Position numbers and translations under genes: made by a program. A DNA stretch of 63,106 bases, filler included, from Bipalium vagum (taxonomy: Eukaryota): NCBI GenBank assembly GCA_037834085.1. It is 3 parts of 3 records of this genome, joined end to end, with 100 filler letters (N's around TTAATTAATTAA, not from the genome) between each part and the next. Parts side by side here need not be neighbours in the genome. Positions count along the whole stretch, not along the records: positions 47,362 to 63,106 come from JBBMKC010148419.1; 2 more parts are not named here. One strand, written 5' to 3'. This document shows positions 48,329 through 61,900 of this stretch, in pieces; positions within the stretch are counted from its first letter, which is position 1, and the number at the start of each line of letters is the position of its first letter. Below the pieces are notes generated by a model. It was not told the origin of the DNA. It saw only the letters and a list, made by a program, of their open reading frames with translations, and ran no database searches.

Positions 48329-51300
48329 ATGTTTAACATTAGTAGGATTTTTAACATTATTTTACGAGAGCAAATTTCCGTTTGCTTGAAGTCTCAATAT
48401 AGAAATAAATTACAGGACATGCGATTTCTTTTAAAATTTCCAAGAAAGTCATTAAAATTATTCTCTATTAGCCTTATACTTCTTTCAAACGGCAAGGACA
48501 ATAATAGCATCACAGACGAAGAATTTTCCAAGTAAAATTTTATAATGATTTTAATTTCTCTTAAAATTCATATCAAATTTAAAGAGTATGTAATTTAATT
48601 TACTGAATTAAATGACATTGGCCAGAAATAAGATATAAATGAAAGAAATAAAATATCTATAAATCTATCGTTGTAAATTTAAAAATATATATATTCATCT
48701 TAATCAAGATTACTAAGACTTGAGTTGAAAAATCTTATAATTGTGAACGTTATCATGCCAGCTCTCGGATAAATAAATAAGACATTTTAATATTAACTGG
48801 GGTGGGTCTATCTGACTCAATATCTTTTTAATTGGTTACATTTTATTATAATTACATGGACTAAATCAAATAATATAACATGACTAAGATTTACTTAATG
48901 TTATCTGAAGAAGAAAATCACTAAATAATAATAGCTAATTATACTCTATCTATCGATCAATATAATCAATTAAAAAAATACAACAGTAGTGTTAAAATGG
49001 ATAGACAAAATTAGCATAGAGCCTAAGGTTTAAAAATCGCACTGTTCAATTTTTCTCATTTTTGAATTTTAGATTCTTTCCATTTTGTTATTCTTAAAAA
49101 ATTGTTTATTTTTTCAATTTTTAGTTTTGCATAATTTACACTCTTATTTTACTATTTAAAAATTTACGTTTTTATATTTTTACATGTTTATCATACTTCA
49201 TATCGTTAAATAGTACAAAATGGAAAAGGAGGCTACGATTTAAAATTTAGTAAATAACAAAATGTCCATCCGTTTTAACAATACTATCTTAAAAATAAAA
49301 ATTGAAAAAATATAGAAAATTATAATAAATGTTGAAATTGTTGGTTTGGCCAAAGACATTCTTGTGAGTTTTAAGTCCACGAAAGAGTCTGAATTTTAAT
49401 AATAATGAATTCAGATAATTACAATAATTCTAATAATAATAATAAGATTTTTAATGAAAATTTATAAAGGTACATAAGGGTAATAATAAAATAATATTTT
49501 TTGTGGATTTTTCTTATCTTGACAATGCTTAATTTTATGCTAATTGGTTTGAAATTCTTTGCCTAAAAAGGGAATTGACTTCCTTGATAAGAATATTTGT
49601 CAACGACTATTGTAAAAGGCGACGGAGTCCTCAGTGGGCTGTCCAGAAATTTTCTGATTTTTAAGAAAAACTTTTAGATTTACCGATTACGTCGGAAGAA
49701 AATTATTTTGAAAGTTTATGTTTACGATGGATCCTGTGAGGTTCGATCCTTTTTGAAAAAACCGATTTGGGGTCATCTAACGACCCAAGGATCCATAGCC
49801 AACAAGCGGCGAGTGGTTAATTGAATAATTTTTGTTGGTTTATTATTAAATAATTCTTAACTAACATTTTCATCGATACAATAACGGTTTTCATATTTAT
49901 TTAATTGATTATTTGACTGTAAAATTTGAATTATTTGTGATTAAAACTTTGTTGGATTCATTAACTGTTTTTCTTGATCACTTGTTATACGTGTTTAATT
50001 TTATTATTTTATTTGATGGATAGACCTTTTGTTTTTGCTTTTTTTTTAAAAATTTTTTTTAAAAAATGGAGAAAAATTTATTGTAGCTAATATGTTGCAC
50101 CATTAATTTTTGATATTTTCAAAATAATCTGATCCAAAAATGTAAACACCAGAATCTAATTGTATTATCCACACTAATTCTATTAGCTATCAAGACGGTG
50201 TCGTTTCGTTCCTCTATGGAACTTTTCCCCTCTTTTCTGAGCCCCAAAACGTTCAATATTTTAAGTTTGGACACCACTGTATTGATCAACAAATTTATAT
50301 TGATGATTACAGTTATATGATGGAATCCAGCTTTTCGATCTCGGTTGTTAGATATTCGCGCCAGCAATTCGAGTATATAATAGATTCTTCTGTGTTCCAC
50401 AATTTTGGAAAATAGAGGTGAAATAAAGCGTTTGGAAAATTCGTCCAAAAATCCACTGCTGTGGTAAAATTCGACCAACGTTATTTTTACGTTTTATGAA
50501 CAAATTTGTGGACTTCAACTATCATACCTCTCCACAATCTTATTAGACTGGAACCACAAGTCTCTCGCATATAATTGTCCAATCAGTGACCGAATTTTCT
50601 CAATTCTTACTTCACGTTTACACAATTTCACACTGGAGGTCTCATAGCACCAGTTATGAGACGAATAATTGTAACAACATTTAAACGGGAATTCGACAAT
50701 TAGTTCTCTGTACGAATACCAACTTCCTGCTTGCAATTTTTAGCATTACATTTCGAAAAAATACGTGAGAAATATATTCTCATTGTATGTCCATTTGTGA
50801 ATTTCTTTGTACTTGGAATAACATTTTTTTGCAAATATTGCATTGCCTCTTCTTCATTTTTAGAAAGATTCTATAAATTCATATAAAAAATATTGATTAA
50901 AATAATATATAAACAATTAATTAATATACGTATGATTCATATTAAAGATATTGGTTAAATTAGTCGATTGACTTAATTAGTGAGTAATTAATAAATAAAT
51001 TTTAAATAAAATAAATATGAAAATGTTGGGCGATAACTAATCAATGAAAAATTTTGATGATTAAAATAAATTATTTAAATTAAAATTTATTTAATTAAAC
51101 AAATTTCTGATTCATTTAAGCAAACAGTTAGATATTAAGATAATTTTTCAAATTCATATAATATCATACATCAATCTACATAAGAAATGTTACAGCTAAA
51201 TAGAATAAAATTATAAATACATCAGCTTATTATTTATCATATTACAATTATTTATCGAAAAATGTACCATTTTAAGTATCATATTAATACTAAGTAATAT

Positions 51301-54300
51301 ATTTAAACAAAAATATAATTTCATTAACATTTTTATAGGAATATAGAGGAATTTGAAAGTAAACTAATTAAGATAGACAATGACAAATCATATGGCTTAA
51401 CAAAAACGGACTTTTCGAAAGATTTGAATAAGTTTGGTTTAGGCTGGGAAAAAATTATGGATACCGCTGAACTGAAATTATGGCGTAGAAAATATCCAGA
51501 AAATGAAGAAACCTTTGAATATCGAGGTTAGGACATATTTTTCAATACGAATAATTTAAAACTTTATACTTTAACTTATATTATTAATATATTAAATGTA
51601 TATATAATATATTAATAATTAAATTATCTGATAATTAATTAGCTTAACATCTTAAAATTAGAGTTAAAAAACCAATGAAAAAATAAATTTCCACATTTTA
51701 TTTTTTACTAATTATTTTCAGAGAATTTCTGAAATAAGTTTGTGTATAATTAAAACAATATTAAATAATAAAAAATAAAAATGAATGTTTAATTGTTAAA
51801 ATGCATTCTTCATTTTAAACCGGTATTAAATAATTGATTTTTACAATAAATTGATTATTTAAAAAATATTATCTAATTTTTCTCATCTTCTCTGGTTTAT
51901 TTATTGGTAGTAATATGAAGATTAAATACATTCTTTAAAAATAACTTTTGATCATGAAATATCTGATAATTATAAACAATCCAGTTAAGAAAATTGAAAA
52001 ATTGATTAAACAGAGACCATTGGGAATGCTGCAGGAATATAAATGCCGAATTGTTGAACTATATTTGCTATAAAGCTTACATAATGGACGATGATTTTCA
52101 TTTTTGGACAATAAATTTTGTTCACTTCATCTGGGGACCATTATTGTCTCAAATTATTAGGAAGCATTATTTCTGGTCTACAAATAAAATGAGCAATAAT
52201 ATTAGTTATATTTTTAATAAAGTCAAAGTAAAAATTTATTTTAAACATCTGAAAATCTAATATAAAATTTACAGTATCGAAAAAATTAATTGAGACAACA
52301 GAAATATTTTAAATAATCTTAAAAATACTGTTCAAAAGAAGACAAATAAACAAAAATAATAAATTTATTTATAAATTGAAGAGTACAATAAAAATTCAAC
52401 ACTTAAAATACAAAAAATGTTAATATGATGTATGTTTACCTGCATTTTTTTTTGAGTAATGCCACACGTTTACCCATTCCTTCGACTAGTGTTTTCACAT
52501 AGCTTTGATAGTATTATCACTATTCCAAGTTTCTATTGTATATGATATTAACTGATCTTTGGTAGATGGTCTCATTTTACCGACTTTCATTTTCAGCACC
52601 GACCAAATATTTTCAATAGCGTTCATATCCGGTGAAGAACTGAGCCATTTCATAATTTTGATATTGACTTTAAAAGTTTTAGTCGATATTTTGGACACAT
52701 GACAGAGTGCATTATCTTGTTGTAGGAACCATGGAATAACATCTGAAAACAAATCTGCAGCATGCAGAATGATCTGAGTGTTAATAATATTTACATATTC
52801 AGCAGATTTCATGGAACTCTCACACACATAAAGTCGACCTGGACCCTCCCATAAAAAGCAGCCCCAAAGCACAACCTACAAAGGGTGTTTAATTCGTTGA
52901 ATCATGTGAGCAGCAGTAATACTTTCATCATTTGACCGCATAACAAAATGAATGGACTTGGGGGAAATACCCGTTGTCAGTGAAAATACCCGTTTCCAGT
53001 TGTGAAATTGCAGTATTTTCTCAGCCCAACTTTTTCATTGTTTTATTTGAACCTTCGTTAATAGCTGCTTTTTCACAGGCCGCCTTGCAAGTCTACCACA
53101 TTTTATTAAAAAATTCCAGATGGTTCTGAGTGTAACTTCGGGCTGTTCTTCTTGAATCTCTCTGGCAGGTGAATAAGATTCTTTTTGCTTTTTCGTAGAA
53201 CCATTTTCTTATCTCGAGCTGAGAGCCTTTCTTTACGTCCACATCTGTCTTTCCTTTTCGGTACCATAGTGCCTCCTATTTTGAATTAAAGAATTAATCT
53301 TGCCACGGTAGCCTTGGGAATTAACAGTCTCCGGGAAATATAATTTCCAGCAAATCCTTCTAGATGTAACGCTTTGATCTCAGCTCTTTTCTTCAATGTA
53401 ATGTCCATCTATGCAACAATTTATTACCTCATAATTATTAAATAATCATTACCTTTAAAAAATGATCAATATAAATTATAGGTATATATTGACTGGATAT
53501 TAAATTTTTATAAATCATTTAGTGTCTCAATTAATTTTTCCGATATTGTATTATGTAATATATAAAAATTATTTACAATAGATTCATTCTTCGATGTTAT
53601 GCTATTACAACTATTGTGACTACGTAAAAATTCAAATCAGATTAATAGAATAGGTTGAAAATTACGATATCTAATTTTGGTTTCACCTGTCTCCTAAAGG
53701 TGAGAAATTAAAGTAGTATAATAGTATAATAGAAAAATGTTAAGTGAAAATAATAAAATAAAAATGATAATTGAACGTAAAATTTTATTTTGAGTTTCAC
53801 TTAAAAAAATTACATTTGATCCTTTTCAAAATAAAGTTTTACCATTTCTCAATATAATGATTTCAGAAATCTTTAAAATAATTTCATATATCATTTTCTG
53901 CTTAGCTTGCGGAACGTACAAGGATGTAAGTGCTAAAGCTTTTATGCTCACACAAACAGATTTGGCATATCGAAAACAATGGGACAATTTGGTAATTTTA
54001 TTAAATGTTATTTTTAAAGATGATCGAGATGCAACGGAAACAATTCGCTGGGTGTCATACTACCCATACCCATTAGCTAATAGGTTACAAATATTTGTAA
54101 AGAAGAATTTTATTTAAAATTCAATTTATAGGGAATATATTTTTTTGAGAAGAATATTAATCGACGAAGTTAACGGTAGAGCAGTTATAATGTCAAGAGC
54201 AATTGCTGGTCATCCAGAGGTGAATAAAATCTTAGCGTCTGATAACAAAATAGTTAGGGTAACAGAATATGTTTCCAAGTTATTCGTTCAGGCGCATTCA

Positions 54301-56251
54301 AATTATGACAAGGTAGATCGATATTTGTCCAAAAGAATACTTTAAAAACTTTCATCAATAGCCTGGGATGGATTACTTTCTTATCTATTATGATAACCCG
54401 AAAGCTGAAATACCAAGTATTGCTGTGAAATGGGTCTCTTCTTCTGGTAAAATTCAAAAATATTTTTTATGTTTTACTCGAAATTATTGAAAAACTTTTT
54501 AAAAGTAAATTAAAATCTAAATATTTTAACAGTTCTCTTAGTATATTTGTAGAAAAAAATTGTTATAAATATTATGTAGCTTATATGACAATAGTTTTTT
54601 AAAGATTATATCTTTGAATTGTAAAATTTATATCTCATTACCAGGTCTTTTCCACCATTAATTATCTTGTAATATTATACCGTTTTTTAAATGACTGCAG
54701 TCATGTAGAAAATACAGTAAAATGAGACAATTTAAAAATTTCAATACCATTTAATTTAAAATATCATCAGACATAGAAATATGTTTCTTTCACCTCATTG
54801 CGAAACATTTGAGAAATTCCCAATCAAATGGTTTTGTCTTTTTCTTTTAATTTTTGATTACTTTTGTTTAAATAACATTTTGAATTTGTAAAATTTTATT
54901 TGAAGAGGCAACTCAAATTTAGAACTTAGTTGTCTTTGAATATAAATTAGATTGATTTGTGAAAAAAACTAATTATTGATTTTATTCTAATGAATTCGCT
55001 TTTCTATTGCTTTTTTCATTTAATATTGAGTAATTATTGTTTAATATTAAACAAATAATGTTGAATAGAAAAATATTTTATTTTACAAACAAAGCGGCAT
55101 ATTTGAACATTCAATTTTCGAAACAAAATCAGATAATGTCATAATTTTATAATTTTTTGTTGTTTGATCCGATAAAAAATGAATTTTATCCATCACATAT
55201 AAGGACCTTCGAAATTGTTCTTTTTGTGTCATCTCCAATTTCAAAATGTCTTCTATACCTCTGTAAGCTTAATGTTTGGAAATTAACAAAATAATTAATT
55301 TATACCCTAAATAACTGTCTTACTTTTTGAGGGAAATTATTAGGTTTTAACACAGTTTTTCGTGATTTTATAGTTTCATGTTTTTTTCTACGGTTTCATA
55401 TTTACATATCAAATACATTTACTTGAAAGATTTACAAATCAAAGTTTTTATACTTAATTTCAATTTAATTAGCTTTGAAATGCTGTGCAAAGTTGAAATA
55501 AAATACTATTTCCGCCACCTATTGCTGTTTTATTTTAGTTAAAGTCAGAAAGTTGCTAAAGCCATCCTTGAAATTTGTAATGTGAACCGAAAGCATGTTT
55601 TGGAGGTTCATCAACATCCGCTATATTCCACAGACTGTGTACCAATATTTTTATCAAATGAAGAACTTTGAGAAAGTTGACAAAATTATTTCTTAGTAGA
55701 TCTAGCGATTCTGGAATAAAGATTTCGACAATTTGGTGGAAATATCGATATAGGTGATAAATAATAACAATTTAAAACTAGGGTTGATATTTAATTATTA
55801 TTTATAAATAAAATATTTTATTGCTCCATCTTTGAACAACTATCAGTTTTTATATATGAAGAGTGGCGGAATATTCTAGTTATGTGAACCTATTCCAAGA
55901 TAAATAAAACCTGTTTTATTTGAGAATGGTGGTATAAGTCTTTATTAATAAAAATATTACGTTTCCAAGTATTTTCATTGATTTTTTATGTGAAAATGTT
56001 ATACATTTTATAATGAAAATTGTGTTATTAATATTATTTTTCCCATTATTTTATCCATGGGGTGTTTCTTTATATTTGATGGGTTGACTTTTATTTCAAA
56101 CCAGTCAACCTTCTCATGGATTACAGTGTAAATTTGGTTTCTAAATAAAATTAGATCTTGAAAAATAATATACATATTTGTAATTTCAGGTATTCCATCA
56201 TTTATCAATAAGCTACACAATGCTGCTTTAAAGAAAGAAAAAGATAAATGA
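48329..56251 (+). CDS. STARD7: START-domain lipid transfer protein, STARD7/PCTP-like, 6 exons, ~298 aa
   Basis: Exons 48329-48531, 51339-51526, 53906-54083, 54132-54312, 54362-54446 and 56190-56251 join in phase (897 nt). Motifs WEKIMD..LWRR..FEYRACGTYKDVSA..QTDLAYRKQWD..RWVSYYPYPLANREYIFLRR..YYDNP..WVSSSGIPSFINKLH. Basic presequence-like N-terminus. Confidence 0.9.
48984..49286. mobile_element. Tc1-type MITE (~300 bp)
   Basis: CAGTAGTGTTAAAATGGATAGACA versus inverted TGTCCATCCGTTTTAACAATACTA. Confidence 0.7.
52010..52190 (-). mobile_element. Possible LTR-retrotransposon integrase relic
   Basis: Minus strand DNNGPQMK..KF..FGI...PNG resembles SDNGPQF..GI..P.SNG, heavily decayed. Confidence 0.3.
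52272..53548 (-). mobile_element. Full-length decayed Tc1 (DD34E-type) transposon in STARD7 intron
   Basis: TA-flanked TIRs CAGTATCGAAAAAATTAATTGAGACA and TGTCTCAATTAATTTTTCCGATATTG. Motifs MDITLKKRAEI, WGCFLWEGPG, QQDNALCH, SPDMNAIENIW. Confidence 0.95.
55500..55893 (+). mobile_element. mariner deletion derivative
   Basis: LEVHQHPLYSTDCVP (HPPYSPDLAP) and inverted TTCCGCCAC/GTGGCGGAA end motifs. Confidence 0.65.
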
Positions 56252-56949
56252 AAAGTTAAATTGAAAATGATCTTAGTTAAAAATTCAATTTTTCTAATTT
56301 AAGAAAATTATTTTCATAATAAATGTCCATTGTGTTCTTAATATATGTTTTCTTATTATTAATTAAAATAAAAAATTTTAATAAAAAAAAGATTTAGAAA
56401 AATGCTTAGTTTTATTTTAAAATTAAAATTCTTTGTAATTAAAAATTAATTTTTTTCACTAAAAAGCAAATCGCTTTCAATTTTTAAAAAACTTAAAATT
56501 GCATTAAAGTTAATCTTAGAAATTGAACTCGGATCTAACTTGTTATTTGTAGTTTGTGTAATAATCAGTATAAAACACAATAGGATATTTGTCAATAAAA
56601 AATAAAAGTAAATTTATACCACACTAAATACAAAAAAAATCAAATAAATTTTAATTCTCTTAAAATTAGGTATTCTGCTTAGAACAGTCTTTTCTGAATT
56701 GATTCAAAAAGAAAGAAATATCAAAGTTTGGTAATATCAATAAAATATCAACTGAATAAAATCAGTGTAAATGTGATGAAATAAAAGTTAATGTAGTTGC
56801 AACCATCATTATTATTAAGAAGAATCAACTGAGATGTTAAAGCAAATTATTGAAATTCATAAGTTAAAATAAAACGATAATAACAAACAAATAAAATAAA
56901 AATACTATGAACACTGCTTGAAAACCTATAAGCACTTGACCATTATTCG

Positions 56950-57370
56950 AGTTCCTAGGGTTAAGCAGAAATCTTATTAAACCATGTTTCACAAACTATA
57001 TATAATTTCTTCCCATTCTTCTATTCAAATATGCCGAAGTTGGCAAAACATTTAGGTCTGAATATGGAAGAGAAAGTTGTCCGTCACACGAGACAATTCA
57101 AAAAGTTATCAAACAATTTACAAAAGTGACTCGATAAAAGGTGAATGACGCCAAGAATATCATAAAAGTGGTTGTTCAGACAAAGAATATTGCAGTTTTA
57201 CATTGTAGTCTGAATAAGAAACCTAAAACGCCAATCCATTGTTTCATAACAACTAACGATTCCAAGAACGACGTTATTCAGAATTTAGCATGAAGATCTC
57301 AGTTAAAGGCGTTTAAGATTCAAATAACTCAACATAAAAAAGCCGACAGACTTTGATTAACGAGTGACGC
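56950..57370 (+). mobile_element. Tc1/mariner N-terminal relic
   Basis: FRSEYGRESCPSHETIQKVIKQF..PKTPI..RILHEDL..FKIQITQ. Confidence 0.65.
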
Positions 57371-58104
57371 TGACGACCAATAATACTGATAAAAACTTGT
57401 AAAAGTTGTTTGTGTTAAAATAAAATATTTTATAACTGTATATTTATAATAATGAAGTTCTTTTTGTTTAAGTTTTAAGATATTAATCTAAAAGTTGTTC
57501 ACGAATTTAAAGGAGAGACTAAACATTGATGAATAATAATTGACAATATTTTTTATATTAATGTTGAAATTACGAAGTACTAGATGAAGAGAGAATATGT
57601 GCCAAGTAGTATGAGCGTGTCCTTATACTCAACCAGCGTAAGCAAAAGCTTGTAATAAAAAGTTAATCAACCAACACATTCTGACTCTGAGTGAGTGTAT
57701 TCTAAAGAGAACTTTTTAGTAAACAAGGTTTTCAAAAAGACCATTAGATTTGATAGTGAGCTTCACTAACCATACATCATCCGTCAGTAGGATCATCGAG
57801 GTCGAGTCTCTGCAATATATTTCCCAACCAATCCAGTCGTGATCTACCAAAACCGAGCTCATTGGCTTTATGTGTCAACTTAGAAAATAACTTTCCCGAT
57901 AATTTCCTAATTAATGCCAAAAATTGTTTATGTTTACTATTTTCCATTAGAATCTAATACTTTTAATTTTTAAGAAATATATATTTTGTTTTTATAAAAC
58001 AATTTTTCATAAAATTTATACTTGAAATGTGATATATTGAGCTTTACTTTAAAAAATTACTTGAAAATATAAATAACAATTTTTATTTAATTCAGACTAA
58101 TAAA

Positions 58105-58914
58105 TTAAGAGTTTTTGTCACTCTTCAAAAATATTTTCACTGGTTTTGATTTATATGATTTATTTTTTTTCAAGACCACTTTGCTTTTATTTCTATCGTT
58201 ATTCTTGGCACTCTTTGAACTCAAACAATTGACAGAATTTCTCATTTGCATTGAAATGTTTAACAATTCATCGAAACCACAGGAAAATATTTCTTTAAGA
58301 TAGCCACCAGGTAATAAGACTGATGAATGATATATTTTAATATCTTTTTCCATTGAACCAGCCAAATGTTTTAACATATTAATGCATCCAATAGCTTTTC
58401 CTTTCAATAGATTGTAATGGATCTCAAAAGCCTTAAGTTCTTTTAAAGGTCTAATTTTACGCTTATTGTATTCCATTGTAGTAAGAACTGTTATTTTGCA
58501 TCCACATACTTTTTCTATGTTGGTTAGTCGAGGATGTCTGCTTAAAGTAGCTTCATTCAGTTCAATAGACTTTGATGGGAAATAAATGAGTTGATGAATT
58601 ATTTTAATGGAATTTCCAATTAAAAGCTGAAGAAAACTGAGTTTATTCAATGTACAAAATTAGGTATTTTTTAATGATTTTTTTCATATAAAAGTTAAAA
58701 AAATAAATCAAATAAATTTTCATTGGGATTTTGTTCAATAAAAGTTCTTTTGATTGCCAAAAATCTACAAACTCCAATAAATAAAACCAATTTTTGCGTA
58801 AGATAAAACTTGTCATTTTATATTATTATTTTAAATTTCTTGTAACAGTAATTAATAATTAATGAACTTTAAAAAATTACTATAAAAAACTTGAATAATA
58901 ATAATAACAATAAC

Positions 58915-58966
<52 letters not shown>

Positions 58967-61900
58967 GTAGTTGCAAAAATATTTATAAAAACTAAGTTCC
59001 TAAACTAATAAACTATTCACAGTGCGAAAAGTTACCATATTAGAAAAAGTATCCTATTAAATAAATGCAATTTATTGTTCAATTTTTTTTTCTCCTCGTT
59101 GTCGTTTCTCATAGTAAATAATAACTGTCTGGTTCAACCATACACTTGAAATAATTACAATTTTTGCATTAAAATGTCGTTTTGCGGTTGAAGTTGACCC
59201 CTGTCCTAGATGAAATTATGATCTTTTAGCTTAGGATTGCTAAAATAAATCTAAGTTTCATCTCCAATGACCATACGATAGAGGAAACACTCTCTTTTAT
59301 TCATCTCAATGTAAATTCAAAATTTCTCTGCTGTCTGTTTCTTTCGATAAAATTCATAGAGCACCAACTTTCATTCATTCTGAAACTTTCTCATATCATT
59401 TAACCGGTTTGAAATTGCTTGATATCAAGTTATATCAAGTTGAAATTGCTCAGCAGCCAATTGTTTTTGCCCAATAAATTTTGCAGTTCAGAATATTCAA
59501 ATATTGATCAACATAATTCAGTTTGAAAGTAAATTCAAAGAGAATTCGAATATTGTTTGCATCATTGATGACTGTCCCATTGTTTGGGAAAACAATGACA
59601 GAATGATACCAATCAGACCTTATAGGTTTATAAAGGATTTGGAAAAATTTATAATTATCCAAAAGAACAGACTAACATCTTATACACAAAACAAGTTTTT
59701 GGTAATTTGTTTGAGTACTTTTATAGTTCTACAACTCTCGTGAAACGATTGATATTTGACGGTTCTAAATAGAAAATTCCAAGAATTTTTCTGATAATTT
59801 TTCTAAAAGCTCTCAAATTTAATATTTTGAACTTAAAATATTTTTTCCAATTTTTCATTTCAATTCTTGTTTACTTTCCTTCATAGTATTGATATCTGTG
59901 ACATCAATATTTTTAAAATCATGTGAAATTTCATTAGCAACACAAAATTATAATCTTTTTTGCTCAAAATTATTTTCTAATTATTAAGAAAATTTTTTTT
60001 AACCGAGTAATTTAAACGGTTGAACTTTGATACCACTGCAGCTCTTTTGTCAAGGTTCATTTAATATTTCTTATGTTATACAATTTTTTTTAGATAGGAA
60101 CGCAGCGACAATAGTGATCATTTTCGTTAAATTTAATTTACCTACTATAGTTATAAAAGTAAAGCTAAAAATTAATATTACTTTGAGATTAAATTTATCA
60201 TTAAAAACAAAAACAAAATGCTGCAGATATATCCAATGAAATTCATTACACAAGCCACCGTATTTCATACAATAAACAAAATTACCGATATACGTCATGA
60301 ATTAATTAATTTTTGTTAAGTATTTCACCTGGATATTTTAGAATAACATATTAATATCATATTTTTTGATATTTTCGTTATTTTAGTTAAATAAAATAAT
60401 AAAAAGCTTACTTGAATAAGTATATTTTAAAATATCAAATAATAAATAAAATTTAAATAAAAATCAATTCAATTAATTTACCATCAATATTTGTAAATCG
60501 TTTTCATTTTCTTCATTATTTCTTCTTTCTCTTTGATCATTTTTGTCAGATCTTCGTTCAAATTTTTCTTGACATTTTACATTATACTCGTCTAGGATTT
60601 GATATTTTCTTGTCTTTAGTAAATTCTGCAGCTCATATATTTTGGAATGTTTTCTGGGTTGGCAATTATCTTTTGTCATTTGATTTTGACGATATGAATT
60701 CAATTTAATTAAATAAATTGATTTCGTTTGCGATCTTAGGAATTCATCAGAAAATCTGATATTAGGAAAAATGGTTTTGCTGTTATTTGTACCCTTTGAC
60801 ATTTCTGGTGACAAAGTTTGGGAATCTGATTTCGAATGAAGTTGAGATACAGTTTTCAAACACTTCTCTTGCTTTTGGGTCTTTGGTACTTGATTGGAGA
60901 CGGGTTTTGAAGGATAGGACATTTTCTTTTCGATTATAGGTAATTCACTACAAATTTTTTTAGATTTGTCTGATTGAATTTGATCAGGCATTGATTCAAA
61001 ACAAAAATCCCTCAACATACCTTTATTGCTCAACTTCTCTTCAGACCTACCAGAAACATTTTTGTCAGAACCATTATTCTCATCTTTTATATCAATCGAA
61101 AAATTATTACTAGCCACAGTAGAGTTTAGATCATTCCCGTGTTCATTTTTTATAAATAAAGTGTTTTTATCTTGATCAACAAAACTTTTACAAAGATAAT
61201 TTTTATTAGAAAAAAAATTATTTTTTTCAACTTCATTAGGATTTTTCTTAAGATCTAATTTTATATCCTCTTGAGAATAAGCCAAGTTTTCTTTCTCTTT
61301 TCCTTGTGAATAAACCAAATAACTTCCTTTATAATAATTTATTTTATTTTTATTTATATTTTTCTGAGAAAGCGAGCTGAAATCATTAGAACTGGAAGTT
61401 ACATTTGAAATATTAATTTTCTTTTCTATTGATTTTCCCATTTTCTCCGAATCTTCAGAAGTTACTTTGAAAGATTTTTCATGAACATCTTTCGAAGTGA
61501 TTTCATTACGAGTTCTATTTCTCGATTTCCAGAGGGATTTGTTGTACATAGATTTTCTACAGTTAAATTCATTTTGAATTTTATAGTAATCACTGATCAA
61601 TTTTTCCAGTTTTTTCTTTAATTTATCAACCTCTGAACCTAACTTGTAATCCGTGGAGTTTTTCTCGAATTTTTTTCTCACATCTTTTATTTCGACCATC
61701 AAGTTTGAAAGTCTCAATTCTATATTTCCAATAGAAATATGTTTTGTTTCAATGGATCCGTACACATTTGATATGAGCTTTTCTAACGTTCGAATTTTTT
61801 GCAAAGTATTTTCACAGACTAAATTTGAGAAATTGTTATTTTCCAAAGGAAAATTGTAAATATTACAATTAGAAGCACACTTTTCCGAATTTGTCTTGGA

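Noticed and set aside
48329-48535. Short ORF first read as a Polinton-like fragment
   Set aside because: It splices in phase to STARD7 exon 2.
12857-56251. Apparent phospholipid-gene cluster (HDHD5, ferlin, STARD7)
   Set aside because: Animal gene order rarely implies co-function, the genes are separated by assembly gaps, and unrelated TELO2 intervenes.
57398-57725. Possible solo LTR (TG...AATAAA...CA)
   Set aside because: No target duplication, PBS or second copy seen. Insufficient support.
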